Source of the DNA: Podarcis vaucheri
Lineage: Eukaryota
Assembly (NCBI GenBank): GCA_965113315.1
Contig: OZ220376.1
Reading direction: 5' to 3' (one strand)
DNA length: 64,000 nt
The notes beneath the pieces are model-generated. The model had not been told where the DNA came from. It did not search any database and saw nothing but the letters and a program-made list of their open reading frames with translations. The position numbers and the translations under genes were made by a program. Below are positions 13,279-24,150 of this stretch, in pieces; positions within the stretch are counted from its first letter, which is position 1; every line of letters begins with the position of its first letter.

Positions 13279-13288
13279 TATTATTATT
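12867..13288 (+). mobile_element. Young L2 LINE 3' end with (TTA)n tail
   Basis: ORF LTFKALNGLGPVYLKERL...APSLWNALP...FREAFNV, 3'UTR and TTA microsatellite tail; sits inside an older L2 remnant. Confidence 0.9.
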
Positions 13289-13412
13289 TTCAGGACCCAC
13301 CCCTAACCCTGTGAGTGTAATTTGTTTTAGCTGTAATTCTGAATTTTAAATTGTTGCAACCTGCCCTGGGACTTGCTTGTGAAGTGTGTGTGATAAATAT
13401 TATCATTATGTA

Positions 13413-13628
13413 CAGTGGTACCTCAGGTTAATTCATTCCGGAGGTCCGTTCTTAACCTGAAACTGTTCTTAACCTGAAGCACCACTTTAGCTAATGGGGC
13501 CTCCCGCTGCTGCCGCACCACCGGAACACGATTTCTGTTCTCATCCTGAAGCAAAGTTCTTATCCCGAGGTACTATCTGGGTTAGTGGAGTCTGTAACCT
13601 GAAGCGTATGTGACCCAAGGTACCACTG
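13413..13628 (+). mobile_element. Tigger-like MITE family A, copy 3
   Basis: TIRs plus TA TSD. Confidence 0.9.
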
Positions 13629-13654
13629 TATATGTATGATATGTTAGGGAAGAG

Positions 13655-14290
13655 GTAATGCCTCTGGTGGGGGATGTTTCCTTCTCCTTCTGGGGCATTT
13701 TGCCCACCTTTAGTCCCCATCCTGCACTGAGCTCCTGTGGCTCCTAGAAGCTGTCAGCATGTGACAGCAGCCACAGCCCGGGAAACGGCTTCAACTGGCT
13801 GGCTAAACCAGGTGAGGGTAACTGGTGGGTCTCAAATCCTCAGTGAATTTGGGACTTCCCCAGCAAATGAAAACAGGTTCCAGTGAATTGAGTGGATGAG
13901 ACCAATAGTGGATCCAACCATCAAGAAAGCAGATTCTGCACATGCTGAGGAAGAAAGTGAGGGGCAGATGGGGCTGGACAACCAAGGAAGGTAACCCATC
14001 TAGGAGAAGGAAAACTCTGATCCTATTCCTCCACTGTCTTGCGAGATATCTTCGGGAGAAGATAAGGCTCAGGTGTAAACCCTACACAAATCTGGAGTCC
14101 CTAAGTCCCTCCTGCAGCCAAGCTGGTGCTGAATGTATTTTTCTGTTTTCCTTTGGACCACATCAGGGAAGTCTGAGAGGGGAGTCTTGTCATCTGGGCA
14201 ACCCAGGAACTCCATACACCATCTTGTACACTGTGGGAGGTCACTTAGGTGCTGCTTACGCAGCAGATTGACTTCAACCCCTGGAGACAC
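13655..14290 (+). mobile_element. RTE-clade 5'UTR-like / non-autonomous element with structured RNA head
   Basis: Contains ATCTAGGAGAAGGAAAACTCTGATCC...GTAAACCC, which I recall from RTE-related 5' regions, and nested hairpins at 13735-13776. No RT ORF. Boundaries are approximate. Confidence 0.55.
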
Positions 14291-14491
14291 ACCTCATTGT
14301 CTCTTGAGAGACAGTGAAAGGGAACTCACGGGTCATCTAGTCCAGCCCCTGCAATGCAGGAGGGCTTGTTGTTATGCTGCTGCTACTACAGCAACAATGG
14401 TATTGTGGCTGGAGGAAGGATCTGCACTTGGGAAAAATGACTGCAGCATTACTATATGGGATAAATGTTTACTCTTTCCCATTGGTGCCTG

Positions 14492-14494
<3 letters not shown>

Positions 14495-14530
<36 letters not shown>
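14495..14530. repeat. (CA)n microsatellite
   Basis: Directly visible. Confidence 0.95.
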
Positions 14531-14532
<2 letters not shown>

Positions 14533-14941
14533 TCTCCAACATGGTCATTGCCCCAGTGGCTAAGAAGGCAACAGACAGAGATCGTCATTGTGTTGGCACC
14601 CTGCTTAGCACTGCCACATCGATTCACTTTGGGAATGGGCCGGGGGCCGGAGGCAAAGAAAACCATCTTAATGGGCTCTGAATGAGCCCCAACCGCCAGC
14701 CATTGTTGGATGCCAAAAGGCTGCAATCCCTGAGTTATGGCAGTGCCTGCCGAATGCTGTGCTAGATCAGGGTCAGGAGGCAGCTTAGCATGACATCAAT
14801 CAAGAGCGGCAACACAGAGGGGGCCTGCTGAGGCTGGGGCGGCATTCCCAGGAAACGCGCAATGAGGGGAAGAGGGCGATTAAATGGTGTCTGTCTGCAG
14901 TGCTGGGCTTGGAGCTGCAGCTAGGGACAAAAAAAGGGACC

Positions 14942-14947
<6 letters not shown>

Positions 14948-14982
<35 letters not shown>
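14948..14982. repeat. (GT)n microsatellite
   Basis: Directly visible. Confidence 0.95.
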
Positions 14983-14984
<2 letters not shown>

Positions 14985-17475
14985 CTGACTCTACATGCTG
15001 AACCGTTAAGTAGCTGGTTTTGAGCATAGCGGAGATCTTCATTCCTTGGGCACTGCTAGCCCTCCCCCCAGAACCTCTCTATCTCCCTCTAATGCCTCTG
15101 CTCTTCTGCACTGCCTATCCCATATGCTTGGAACCATTTCCCAGAACCTGTGTGATGCCTCCAGGATTCTTCATGCTTTTAATGTGCACCAGATTTAACG
15201 TTAAGTGTGTGGTGCAGATCTGCTCTCTGTTTCCATCGACTTGCTGTTCACTTGTGAACTAGGGTCAAAAGCCTGTTTTCTGAGCAAACCCCGTGGTTTG
15301 ATTAAACCAAGAAGCATCACACGCAAGGCAAAGGGAGGTGGGGGAGGGAGCACGCAAGCGTTGGGTTCATATCCAGTTCTCCAAACCATGGCTGGGAGGG
15401 TCATCTGAATGCAGTCACAGCTAAAAATTATATTGGTATTTCAACAGTCCTCTCTGCACTCCTTTGCAGGCTTGTGTGGTGCAATTCAGATGTTGGACTT
15501 AATGTTCTCACCAGGACGGGAGGCTCTTTGGATGTTAATATGTATTGTTTCAAAAGGTGATGATCCAGCACTGTTGCATTTGAGAAACTTACTGCTCATT
15601 ATTTGGATTGTTACCCCAGACACCTGCCCAATGGCCTGGGGACGGTCCTTCTTTGCTTTAAAAGCTACATTTTGCTATTCATATTAAGGAAGCAGTGAGC
15701 TTTGGCCCATTGCATCGAAAATTTATCAGCTGTGACATTCCTTTTCCTGAGTTGCAATCTTCCCCCAAAACTGGGCAATGGGTTGCTTGAGATTTGACAT
15801 AAATAACCCTGGAGGTTATTTGGATATATGGCAAGGTCCCATATATCAATGGAGGACTATTCAGGGATTCTGAGTGACCTGGGATTTCCAGCACAAGATG
15901 TACAGAAATGAAGTTCTGAAGATCAAAAGTGGGCTTACAAGATCATTAACTAGGTGGTAGGGAAAGGCAGTAAGCCAATATTACCGCACTTGTCTTCTAG
16001 ATTTTCCTGATCTGTTTTCGTTTGAGTGATTGTTTTCACAACTTGTACACATACATGAACTCCTTGTTCATTTGCATTAGCCTTGACCAGACTTCCTACA
16101 ATATTTTGAAATCTAAAGGTCAGGGGTTTTTTGGGTGAGGGGCTGGGTAGTGTGATGATATATGCCACTTTTATCTCTTATCTCTAAGATAAATGCTCTG
16201 AGAGAAATGCAAAATAAAACCTCTAAGATAAATGCAATCTTAAGAGCAAATCAGTACAGTTACTGTTGCCAGTTATCAAAGGTCGAGTTCAGTTGATTGT
16301 GGTTGTGCTTATATACGCATTTGCTTCTTAATAAAATGCCTGTTCTAAATTACTGGACTGAATCAGAAATGTCATATAGAATACAACACAGTAAGGTGGG
16401 TTGATAAATAGATAGGCCAGGGATGGGGACATTGTTTGACCCTCTTAGATGTTGCTGGACTACAACTGTCATAATTCCTTACCATTTGGCCATGCTTTGC
16501 TACAGCTGATGGGTGCTGGAGTCCAATAACATCTAGAGGGCCCTTGCAGAAGGGCCATAGGTGAGTGGTAGAGCATCTTGCTTGCATGCAGAAGGTCCCA
16601 TGGCACTGTCCTTCTGCATTTCATGCCCTTATTAGTTGGCCACAAAACAGCCCTGTTGTCTCTCCACTTGCCTATCACCCTTTGCCTTAGGCCACGCCAC
16701 CAGCATGTACCACAGGGGCCACAGAAGTGGATTGTATAGAAATGGGTTGTCCAATTGATTTGATTTGAATACCTGCAGACAATTGGTTAACCGACTTGAT
16801 TACTTTTAGGGAAACTAATCAATTGCCTATTGATTGATTGATTCTTTTCTATTTTCTCTTTTTTCTGTGGAGGAGGTTACTCATATTTGGACAATTTGAG
16901 AACTAACCAGTAGGATTTTAAAAGGAGATGTCTAAGAAGAGAGAAAGGGTGGGCTTCAGTGGGATGGAAGGAAGGAGTGGAAAGGAAAACATGAACTTAG
17001 TAAATGTTTCCCCCCAAAATAAAATGACTACAAGGCTGACAGCATCATCATCAACAACAATGGGAAAATGTAGATTCAGATAAACCAAATTTGATAATAG
17101 TTTTGAGAAATTTGCTTCTGGCTAGTTCCAAAGTTTTGAAAGTGAAATTAAAACATTCAGAACCAATATAATAAATACTATGAATGATGCAGAAAGTGGA
17201 TTAGCAAATAGATTGACCTTGTTAAAAACAAAGGCTGATGGAGCATGAAAATAATAAGAAACAAACAAACATAACTAAGGCATTCAAACTATTGGAGCAA
17301 GACTTTAGCCAGCGAGAAGTAGACTTTGCATATGCCACAACTGAAGCAGTAGAAAATAAAGTCAGATAGCAGAATATTAGACACAGGGGCTTTAACAAGA
17401 ACCTCGGGGGGAATTATATAAAAGCTTCTCTCTCTTTCTCTTTGCTGAATGTAAGATAGGAGATGCTAGGTAGAA

Positions 17476-17528
17476 AGCCTAGCTGCTCAGAGTGGCTGGG
17501 GCAACTCTGTCAGGTGGGCAGGGTACAA

Positions 17529-17573
<45 letters not shown>
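17476..17573 (+). mobile_element. L2 3'-terminal fragment with (TTA)n tail inside the L1 relic
   Basis: CAGAGTGGCTGGGGCAAC...GGGTACAAAT(TAT)n. Confidence 0.8.
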
Positions 17574-17577
<4 letters not shown>

Positions 17578-18276
17578 CCACCACCACCATTAGTGATACA
17601 GGATCTAGGAATAAGAACATATGTACCCAGAAAGTGCCCTAGAGACATACTAATTCTGTTTATGAGAAGAAGAAAAACAACCTAAACAACCAGGAGCAAC
17701 CTAAAGTTGAAGAAAATGGAGAAGTGTTTATATTGACTGATCTCTGCCCAATAATATTCAAGAAAAGGAAAAAATGAACTTTTGAGCAGTTTTTATGATA
17801 AAGCACTGTTCTGCGATTGTATTGCACTGATCTGTTACTTTAAAAATTGAGGGAGGAATTACAGATAAAAAGTTAATTTATGACTATAAATGGGAATGGA
17901 ATGGCCTGAATAGGCCAATTCAAAGATGAGGCTTAAAGAAAATTATATTTTATGACAATCCAGATATTCTGTCTGTTCAAGAGACATATTTCAAAGAAAG
18001 ATAAACAATTCCTGAAATAATTTTTGAGGGAATTATTTACCATGCTGCTGCATAATAAAAAAGGGGGTGAGTTATGCTAGAGCTCAAGACTGCAGGCATA
18101 GATAATTGTTAATAAAAAATGGATTCAGAAGGCAGATTCTAGTTCCTAAAAATAAAGATGCAGGACAGAATCACATCAATCCATATTCCTTCTATTGGAT
18201 TTCCCCCCCCCCCCCCCCAAGGACATGATATATCAAACTGCACACCGGATATTAACCAGAAATTTCAGTGTGCCAG

Positions 18277-18620
18277 TGCAGCTCCTGGAATATAGCAGAT
18301 TGGTCCTCTAAACAAATTCTGGATTTTCTGAATCATTTTGACATTGTACTTTTACAAGAGGACTGACAAGTTGAATTCATAATTCTTAATAGGTGCCACT
18401 ACCTGGCAGCTATTCAGTCTGAGAAGGAAGGGATTGTTAGCATGCATTATTTTATTTTATTTTATTTTAGCTAAGGCCTATGATTTTTTGCAAACCTTTG
18501 GCAATTGCTGTACTAATTAGGCTCCCAGAAATCCTTCTGATGGTGGTCAATGGATACATATCACCCTGCTCTACCAGTCCCAACCATTATGATTAAAAGG
18601 ATTACAGAATGTGAATAAGT
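18277..18620 (+). mobile_element. Second LINE endonuclease (APE) N-terminal fragment, clade uncertain (RTE-X-like?)
   Basis: Translates CSSWNIADWSSKQILDFLNHFDIVLLQE*, i.e. the SWN and D...QE motifs of APE. Confidence 0.6.
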
Positions 18621-20136
18621 ATTTCATACAACAATGCATAAAGCCCCCAGAATAACATGTAAGGCAACAGAAAAGAGAAAAGAAGATGGTAGTCCTTTAC
18701 AAATATTAGTGGATGCTCCTCGACAACTTATAAAATTTCAAATGCTATTATCTAGTTTAGTGTCTCCAAAGGAACTATTATCAGAAGCATGGAACATGCT
18801 ATCAGGTATACAAAATGGCAGCCCTGAAGTTAAAACTTCAGTAGTCAGGATAAAAAGGTTTCAAATACTGTTCCCATGTTTCAGTACTGACAGAGACTGG
18901 TTCGTTACATATCGTGATGGTCACAAGACTTTACTGATGTTGTGGTAAAGGAAAACTTCTAGATGATGTGTGGTACTTGAATTCGCACAAATCACATGCA
19001 ACACACACACGAATTACCTATCATTTTTAGCTTAGAGTTGCAGCCAAGATCAAGAGGTATTTAGACACATTTGGCAGAATTACAAGATTATAATGATTTT
19101 CTGAATGATGATGATGATGATGGTTATAAATGATTGAATTACAAACCACAATTAGAAATGAACCCCATCAAGGTATACACTTGTGCAGTGGGTCTTTCTC
19201 CCCCTCTCTTCCCCCTACATGCCCCCTAAATCTGGGGGTTACTCTACAAAACAGATTTCGGGTAGAGGGAGGAACGGGGGGAAAGTCCCATTTTGCAAGC
19301 ACGTACCCCTGTGAAGACAGGATGATTACCTAGTGTTACATTGGATGCAAGCCTATCTATTTTGTTGAAATGTTCCAAAGGGAGGTGATAGGATCTGTTG
19401 AAGTGGATTCTGGTCCAGGAAAGCTTATGCTGAAGTGAATCTGTTAATCCTCGAAGCTTCTTGTAACCCTGTCTCTCTCTTTTGGTGTATCTGCTGCAAC
19501 AGGCTAAGACGGCTTCTACGCTGCAAGATTTACTAATGTAATCTTTGCTTGCCAGATTCTCCGTTGGCTAATTCACAGGTTAGGAGTGCTGCTGCAGCCA
19601 GCCTTAAGTGGAGCCCTTTGTACATCTCTGGTCAGTTCCATCTTCTCCCCCACCAGCCCAGTGCGAGCTGTACAGTTGTACTTAAAGACAACCGAGCTGA
19701 TGCAAGTTATTTATGCAGTAATGATCTTGGAAGCGGGCATTTATCATCCTTTTCTAAACACACGACACACGGCTCTGCCCTCAAGGAATACAGTTTAAAA
19801 ACCAATATAAACATAGCTCTAGTCTGCCTGATTCCATTAGTCTTCGCTGTGCTGAGTGCATATTCAAGGACTCTGAAAGAAATGGCAGCGGTGGAAGGGA
19901 GTTAAAGAAACCATTCTTCATTTTGTAGTTACACTTGGGTGTAAACAGCACATTCGTTCAGCGAAATTGGGCGGCGTTTCTTTCTGTGTCTGTTGCGAAT
20001 AATTTTTGTATTAAAAAAACCTCAAAAAGGCTGCCTAGATGGAAAGGTTGTCTAGAATTCACACCCTTTCCCCATAATCTTGGGTGATGGCAAGGGGGTG
20101 TTGACTCACTGCCTTTCAGCAGTAAGTAGGGGGGCT

Positions 20137-20318
20137 CAGGGGTGCCAAATATTGAAATATTGGGGGGAGGCAGGTAAGCCCCGCCCTACATAATCAATCA
20201 CAAGACAACACACACACACCATTTGAACACACCGTTAACTTTGGGGAGGGGCAGGCCCCTTGAATATATTATTGGGGGAAGGCTGAAGGGACCTTGGCCC
20301 TAGGAGTTGGCTCCTGGG
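20137..20318. mobile_element. hAT MITE
   Basis: CAGGGGTGCCAA...TTGGCTCCTG termini; 8-bp TSD GGGGGGCT at 20129-20136 and 20319-20326. Confidence 0.8.
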
Positions 20319-20414
20319 GGGGGGCTACTTTTAAAGCTACAGTATATCATTAAAGACTTTAAATAATCATGGCTTTCGCCCAAGAATCTTGGGGACTATA
20401 GTTTGCTAAGGTTA

Positions 20415-20766
20415 AAAGGTAAAGGGACCCCTGACCAATTAGGTCCAGTTGTGACTGACTCTGGGGTTGCGGCGCTCATCTCGCTTTATTGGCCGAGGGA
20501 GCCGGTGTACAGCTTCCGGGTCATGTGGCCAGCATGACAAAGCTGCTTCTGGCGAACCAGAGCAGTGCACAGAAACACTGTTTACCTTCCTGCCAGAGCA
20601 GTACCTATTTATCTACTTGCACTTTGACATGCTTTCGAACTGCTAGGTTGGCAGGAGCTGGGACTGAGCAACGGGAGCTCACTCCGTTGTGGGGATTTGA
20701 ACCACCAACCTTCTGATCAGCAAGCCCCAGGCTCTGTGGTTTAGCCCACAGCACTACCCACATCCC
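20415..20766 (-). mobile_element. Sauria SINE
   Basis: Full-length reverse copy; TSD TAAGGTTA at 20407-20414 and 20767-20774. Confidence 0.95.
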
Positions 20767-20896
20767 TAAGGTTAGGAGGCTGCAAAGTGTTAGGAGGCCC
20801 CTGTTCCCCTAACAGTGCCAAAGTTCCCTTGTGGAGAGGGATCAATTTTTAAATCACTCCTGGAATTGTAGTCCTGGGAGGGAACTTGGGGTGTCC

Positions 20897-21230
20897 TGGC
20901 GCTGTGGTCTAAACCACAAAGCCTAGGGCTTTCTGATCAGAAGGTCGGCGCTTCAAATTCCCACGATGGGGTCAGCTCCCATTGTTCGGTCCCAGCTCCT
21001 GCCCACCTAGCAGTTCGAAAGCATGTCAAGTGCAAGTAGATAAATTATGTACAGCTCTGGCGGGAAGGTAAATGGCGTTTCTGTGCGCTGTTCTGGTTCG
21101 TCAGAAGCGGCTTAGTCATGCTGGCCACGTGACTGTACGCCGGCTCCCTCAGCCAATAAAGTGAGATGAACGCCGCAACTCCAGAGTCGTCCGCGACTGA
21201 ACCTAATGGTCAGGGGTACCTTTACCTTTA
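20897..21230 (+). mobile_element. Sauria SINE (slightly 5'-clipped)
   Basis: TGGCGCTGTGGTCTAAACC head to TACCTTTACCTTTA tail. Confidence 0.93.
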
Positions 21231-21414
21231 ATAACTCTAAGTAAACTCTCCCCTTCAGTGGTTTCTGTCAACTGTATTCAGAAGCATTACTGTCTTTGAC
21301 TGTGGAAGAAGCCTTATCCTCTGTGAATTTGTCTAACCCTCTTTCAAACCCATACAAGTTGGGGAGCATCACCACCTCGAAAGGAACAGGCAATGAGGAA
21401 AGGACCTTAGTTCA

Positions 21415-21435
21415 GTGTGTGTGTGTGTGTGTGTG

Positions 21436-21466
<31 letters not shown>
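21415..21466. repeat. (GT)11-GCGCGC-(AC)12 self-complementary microsatellite
   Basis: Directly visible. Confidence 0.95.
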
Positions 21467-21467
<1 letters not shown>

Positions 21468-22312
21468 GGTATTTTAGGTCTCTTTCATTTGGTTGGCCAC
21501 CTAATTTGTTTTTCCTTGGTCTCGGCACTCCCATGTCATCCTGGACACCACGAGTTAACTTTAGGGCTTAGAAGAATCTGTCTGCATTGGGCCTCCCTTG
21601 AAGGCCACATGAGAGGGGTTTGCTAAGTCTGGCTGGTGTATTAATGGCTTCTTTCATAAGAAGTGTAAAGACTGGCTTCATGTCAAGTTTGGACAGGCAC
21701 TCTGCCCTGCCATTGCACACAGAACGGTGGTTCTTCAGAGAGCCACGGAGCCAGATGCAATGCGCTTTCTGTCTTTTGAGAAAAGCAGCCATTTCAGAGT
21801 GGTCTGCCCCTGACAAGGAGCCGATTGTGTGGCAGGGAGTCTCCTACGTCAGCCAAGGTCATCTGCGACTGAATCACAGTTGCTCCGCACTTCTTCAGAA
21901 GCAACTGTCTTAATATGCTGCGTTCCCTCAGCATGGAAGGAAGCAATTTGTAGTAGACTGCTTATAAAGTCATTTCCTTTCTCGGGAAGGGTTTTGACTA
22001 TACTGCTGGAGGTTTTCATGGGGAAAAAGCGGTGGCAAGCTCAGCTACGTCATGTGCCCACAGGAAGCGGGGAAAGGAGGAAGAAAGGAGGTTCCATAAG
22101 TCTCTACCCCTATTGTATCCATGCAAGAACCAAAAAGCAGTCAGCAGCTACAGTCACTTCATATGTTAAAAGCACTGTGATGCCACGTGAAACACTCATG
22201 GTTTCACCCAAAGAATTCTGAGAGCTGTAGTTTGTTAATGGTGCTGCGAGTTGTTAGGAGACCTCTAGTTCTCCCACTGAGTTACAGTGGTTTGACAGTC
22301 AACCCCTCTTCC

Positions 22313-22591
22313 CAGGGCCGGATTTAGGTTTGATGAGGCCCTAAGCTACTGAAGGTAATGGGGCCCTTTATATGTCCAGCCGTCCTTTGTCAACAACAAA
22401 TTGTCTCTGTTTTTTGTGTTGAATATATGCAATATGGTAATTTATGGACCTAATAGGTATCTAAAGCCATTTGCCACTGCTGTTGTATGTACGTTTTATT
22501 TTATTTGTTTATTTGTTATTTTATTTGGGGGGGGCAAGAGAGTGGGGCCCTAAGCTGTAGCTTGTTTAGCCTATACATAAATCCGCCACTG
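22313..22591. mobile_element. hAT non-autonomous element
   Basis: TIRs CAGGGCCGGATTTA / TAAATCCGCCACTG; perfect 8-bp TSD CCTCTTCC; inserted in a family P repeat (about 22167-22610). Confidence 0.9.
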
Positions 22592-23963
22592 CCTCTTCCC
22601 AGGGAAGGCCCATAACTAAAATTATGCATGTCCGGAAGCAGTCATCACCATCCCACCATTCCAGAGGCCTGCGTGAATTGTTCTCTTTGCCTACACCTCC
22701 CTGCAGTTTATGTTTTTTCAAGTGGTAAATAAGAAAATTGAATGTTTAAAAGTAAGGCTCTGGAGGACATTGGATGATAGTGCTTGAAAAGCCTAGTAAG
22801 TGGGCTTTTGATTGGATACTCAATCTGACCGTGCGAGTCTCCTTCATTTCTACAGCAGCACCGCTGGTTTGTGTTACGAAAATTTTGGAATGCAGTCTTT
22901 TGAGGGAAGGCCTGTTCTTCTGCTTCAGAACCCCCCATAATAGGATGAGATCTTTTCTTTCAAATCTTGGGAGTTCTTGGAAGTTTCCCTTTTCCCATTC
23001 CCCAATTACATAAGAGTGTGCGCTTTTTTTTACAACTTGGTACATACAAACAGAAGTGTGGAAGAAACGAAACTGGACAGATGTGCAGGAAGCAATATAT
23101 TGCGGCATATTTCTGTTGCTTTTGCAATTTATAAGAAAGTTGCCTTTTAAGTAAAGAGTCCATAGGGCAGGGGGCAGAGTCTCAGATCCAAGGGCCAATG
23201 TGGCCCTCCAAGCTTCTTTGCCTGGACCTTTAGACTCTCTCTAGGCCACACCCCTCTGAGACCCTGCTTTGCCTCCCGAGCATTTTTGCCTGACCAGAAT
23301 GTATCCTGTTACTATTTCCTCCTTTTTTAGATGTAGCAGCCATTTTGTTTTACGCTAAAACCAAAGCAGCCATTTTGTGACTGGCACCTGCAGCGCTTCC
23401 TCAAAATTCCAAACATGCCCACTGGCCCAAAAGGGTTTAGATAGATCTGGTATGAAAAAATTAATGTGGATTTGCTCCCAAGTCCACTATGAGTTGACTC
23501 TCTTCTCCCACCGTCTAATACAAAGCAGTTAAAAGGCTTGAGGAAACCCATAGCAAGAGAACGTGCTATGCTAATAGGCTTAAAAATAATTTTTCCCCCT
23601 TGAGGAAGGATTGAGCAGTGTTGATTTGCTCTGAGAATGATGTTTTATATTCTCAAGTAGTTCACCAGAAAGAAAAGCTGATTTGACGTATCTATAAACA
23701 AGTTATTCCTTCAGTTGCAGGGTATTTGGTGAGAAAAGCCTATATATATTCTCTTGACGTTTGGAGTTTTTGCAAGAGGAGTGTTTTTACTTAAGAAGGT
23801 TTTGTACATCCAATGTACAATGTAATGTCACTTACAAAGATGCTTTTGCACTACTAACACATTTCTGGCCAAAGTCCCATGCCTACCTATGTTAAATGGA
23901 AATGCTACAATTCATAGCTTCACCGTCCTCCTCCCCAAATGCTGACAGTCTAATGAACTAGAT

Positions 23964-24150
23964 CAGGGATGAGGAGCTGGTGGCCCTGAATATGTTTTGG
24001 ACTACAACTCCCATCATCCATACCAACTGAGGCTGATGGACGTTGGAGTCCTTGAGTACCCGGTATATGTTTTGGACCACAACAGCCATCATTCCTATTG
24101 GCCATCCTAGCTGGGGCTGATGGGAGCTGAGAGTCCAAAACCTATGCAAG
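23964..24150. mobile_element. Tandem dimer of short hairpin hAT-MITE remnants
   Basis: TATGTTTTGGAC(T/C)ACAAC...CCATCAT...GCTGATGG...GAGTCC occurs twice in tandem. Confidence 0.6.

Larger units (their letters stand above)
16928..18975 (+). mobile_element. Degraded L1-clade LINE (ORF1, endonuclease start, 3' remnant) with nested insertions
   Basis: A-rich; broken ORF1 motifs (NIR..G near 17373, PRDILI.F near 17637); ORF2 APE motifs NGLNRPIQR (about 17900) and PDILSVQETYF (about 17960); many stops and frameshifts. Confidence 0.7.
20330..21240. mobile_element. Palindromic ~300-bp MITE-like repeat (family P) split by two SINEs
   Basis: Removing the two SINEs rebuilds CATGGCTT...CAAGAATCTTGGG...GGAATTGTAG...GTCCT|AATAACTCT, matching the copies at 59946 and 61400. 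Confidence 0.7.
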
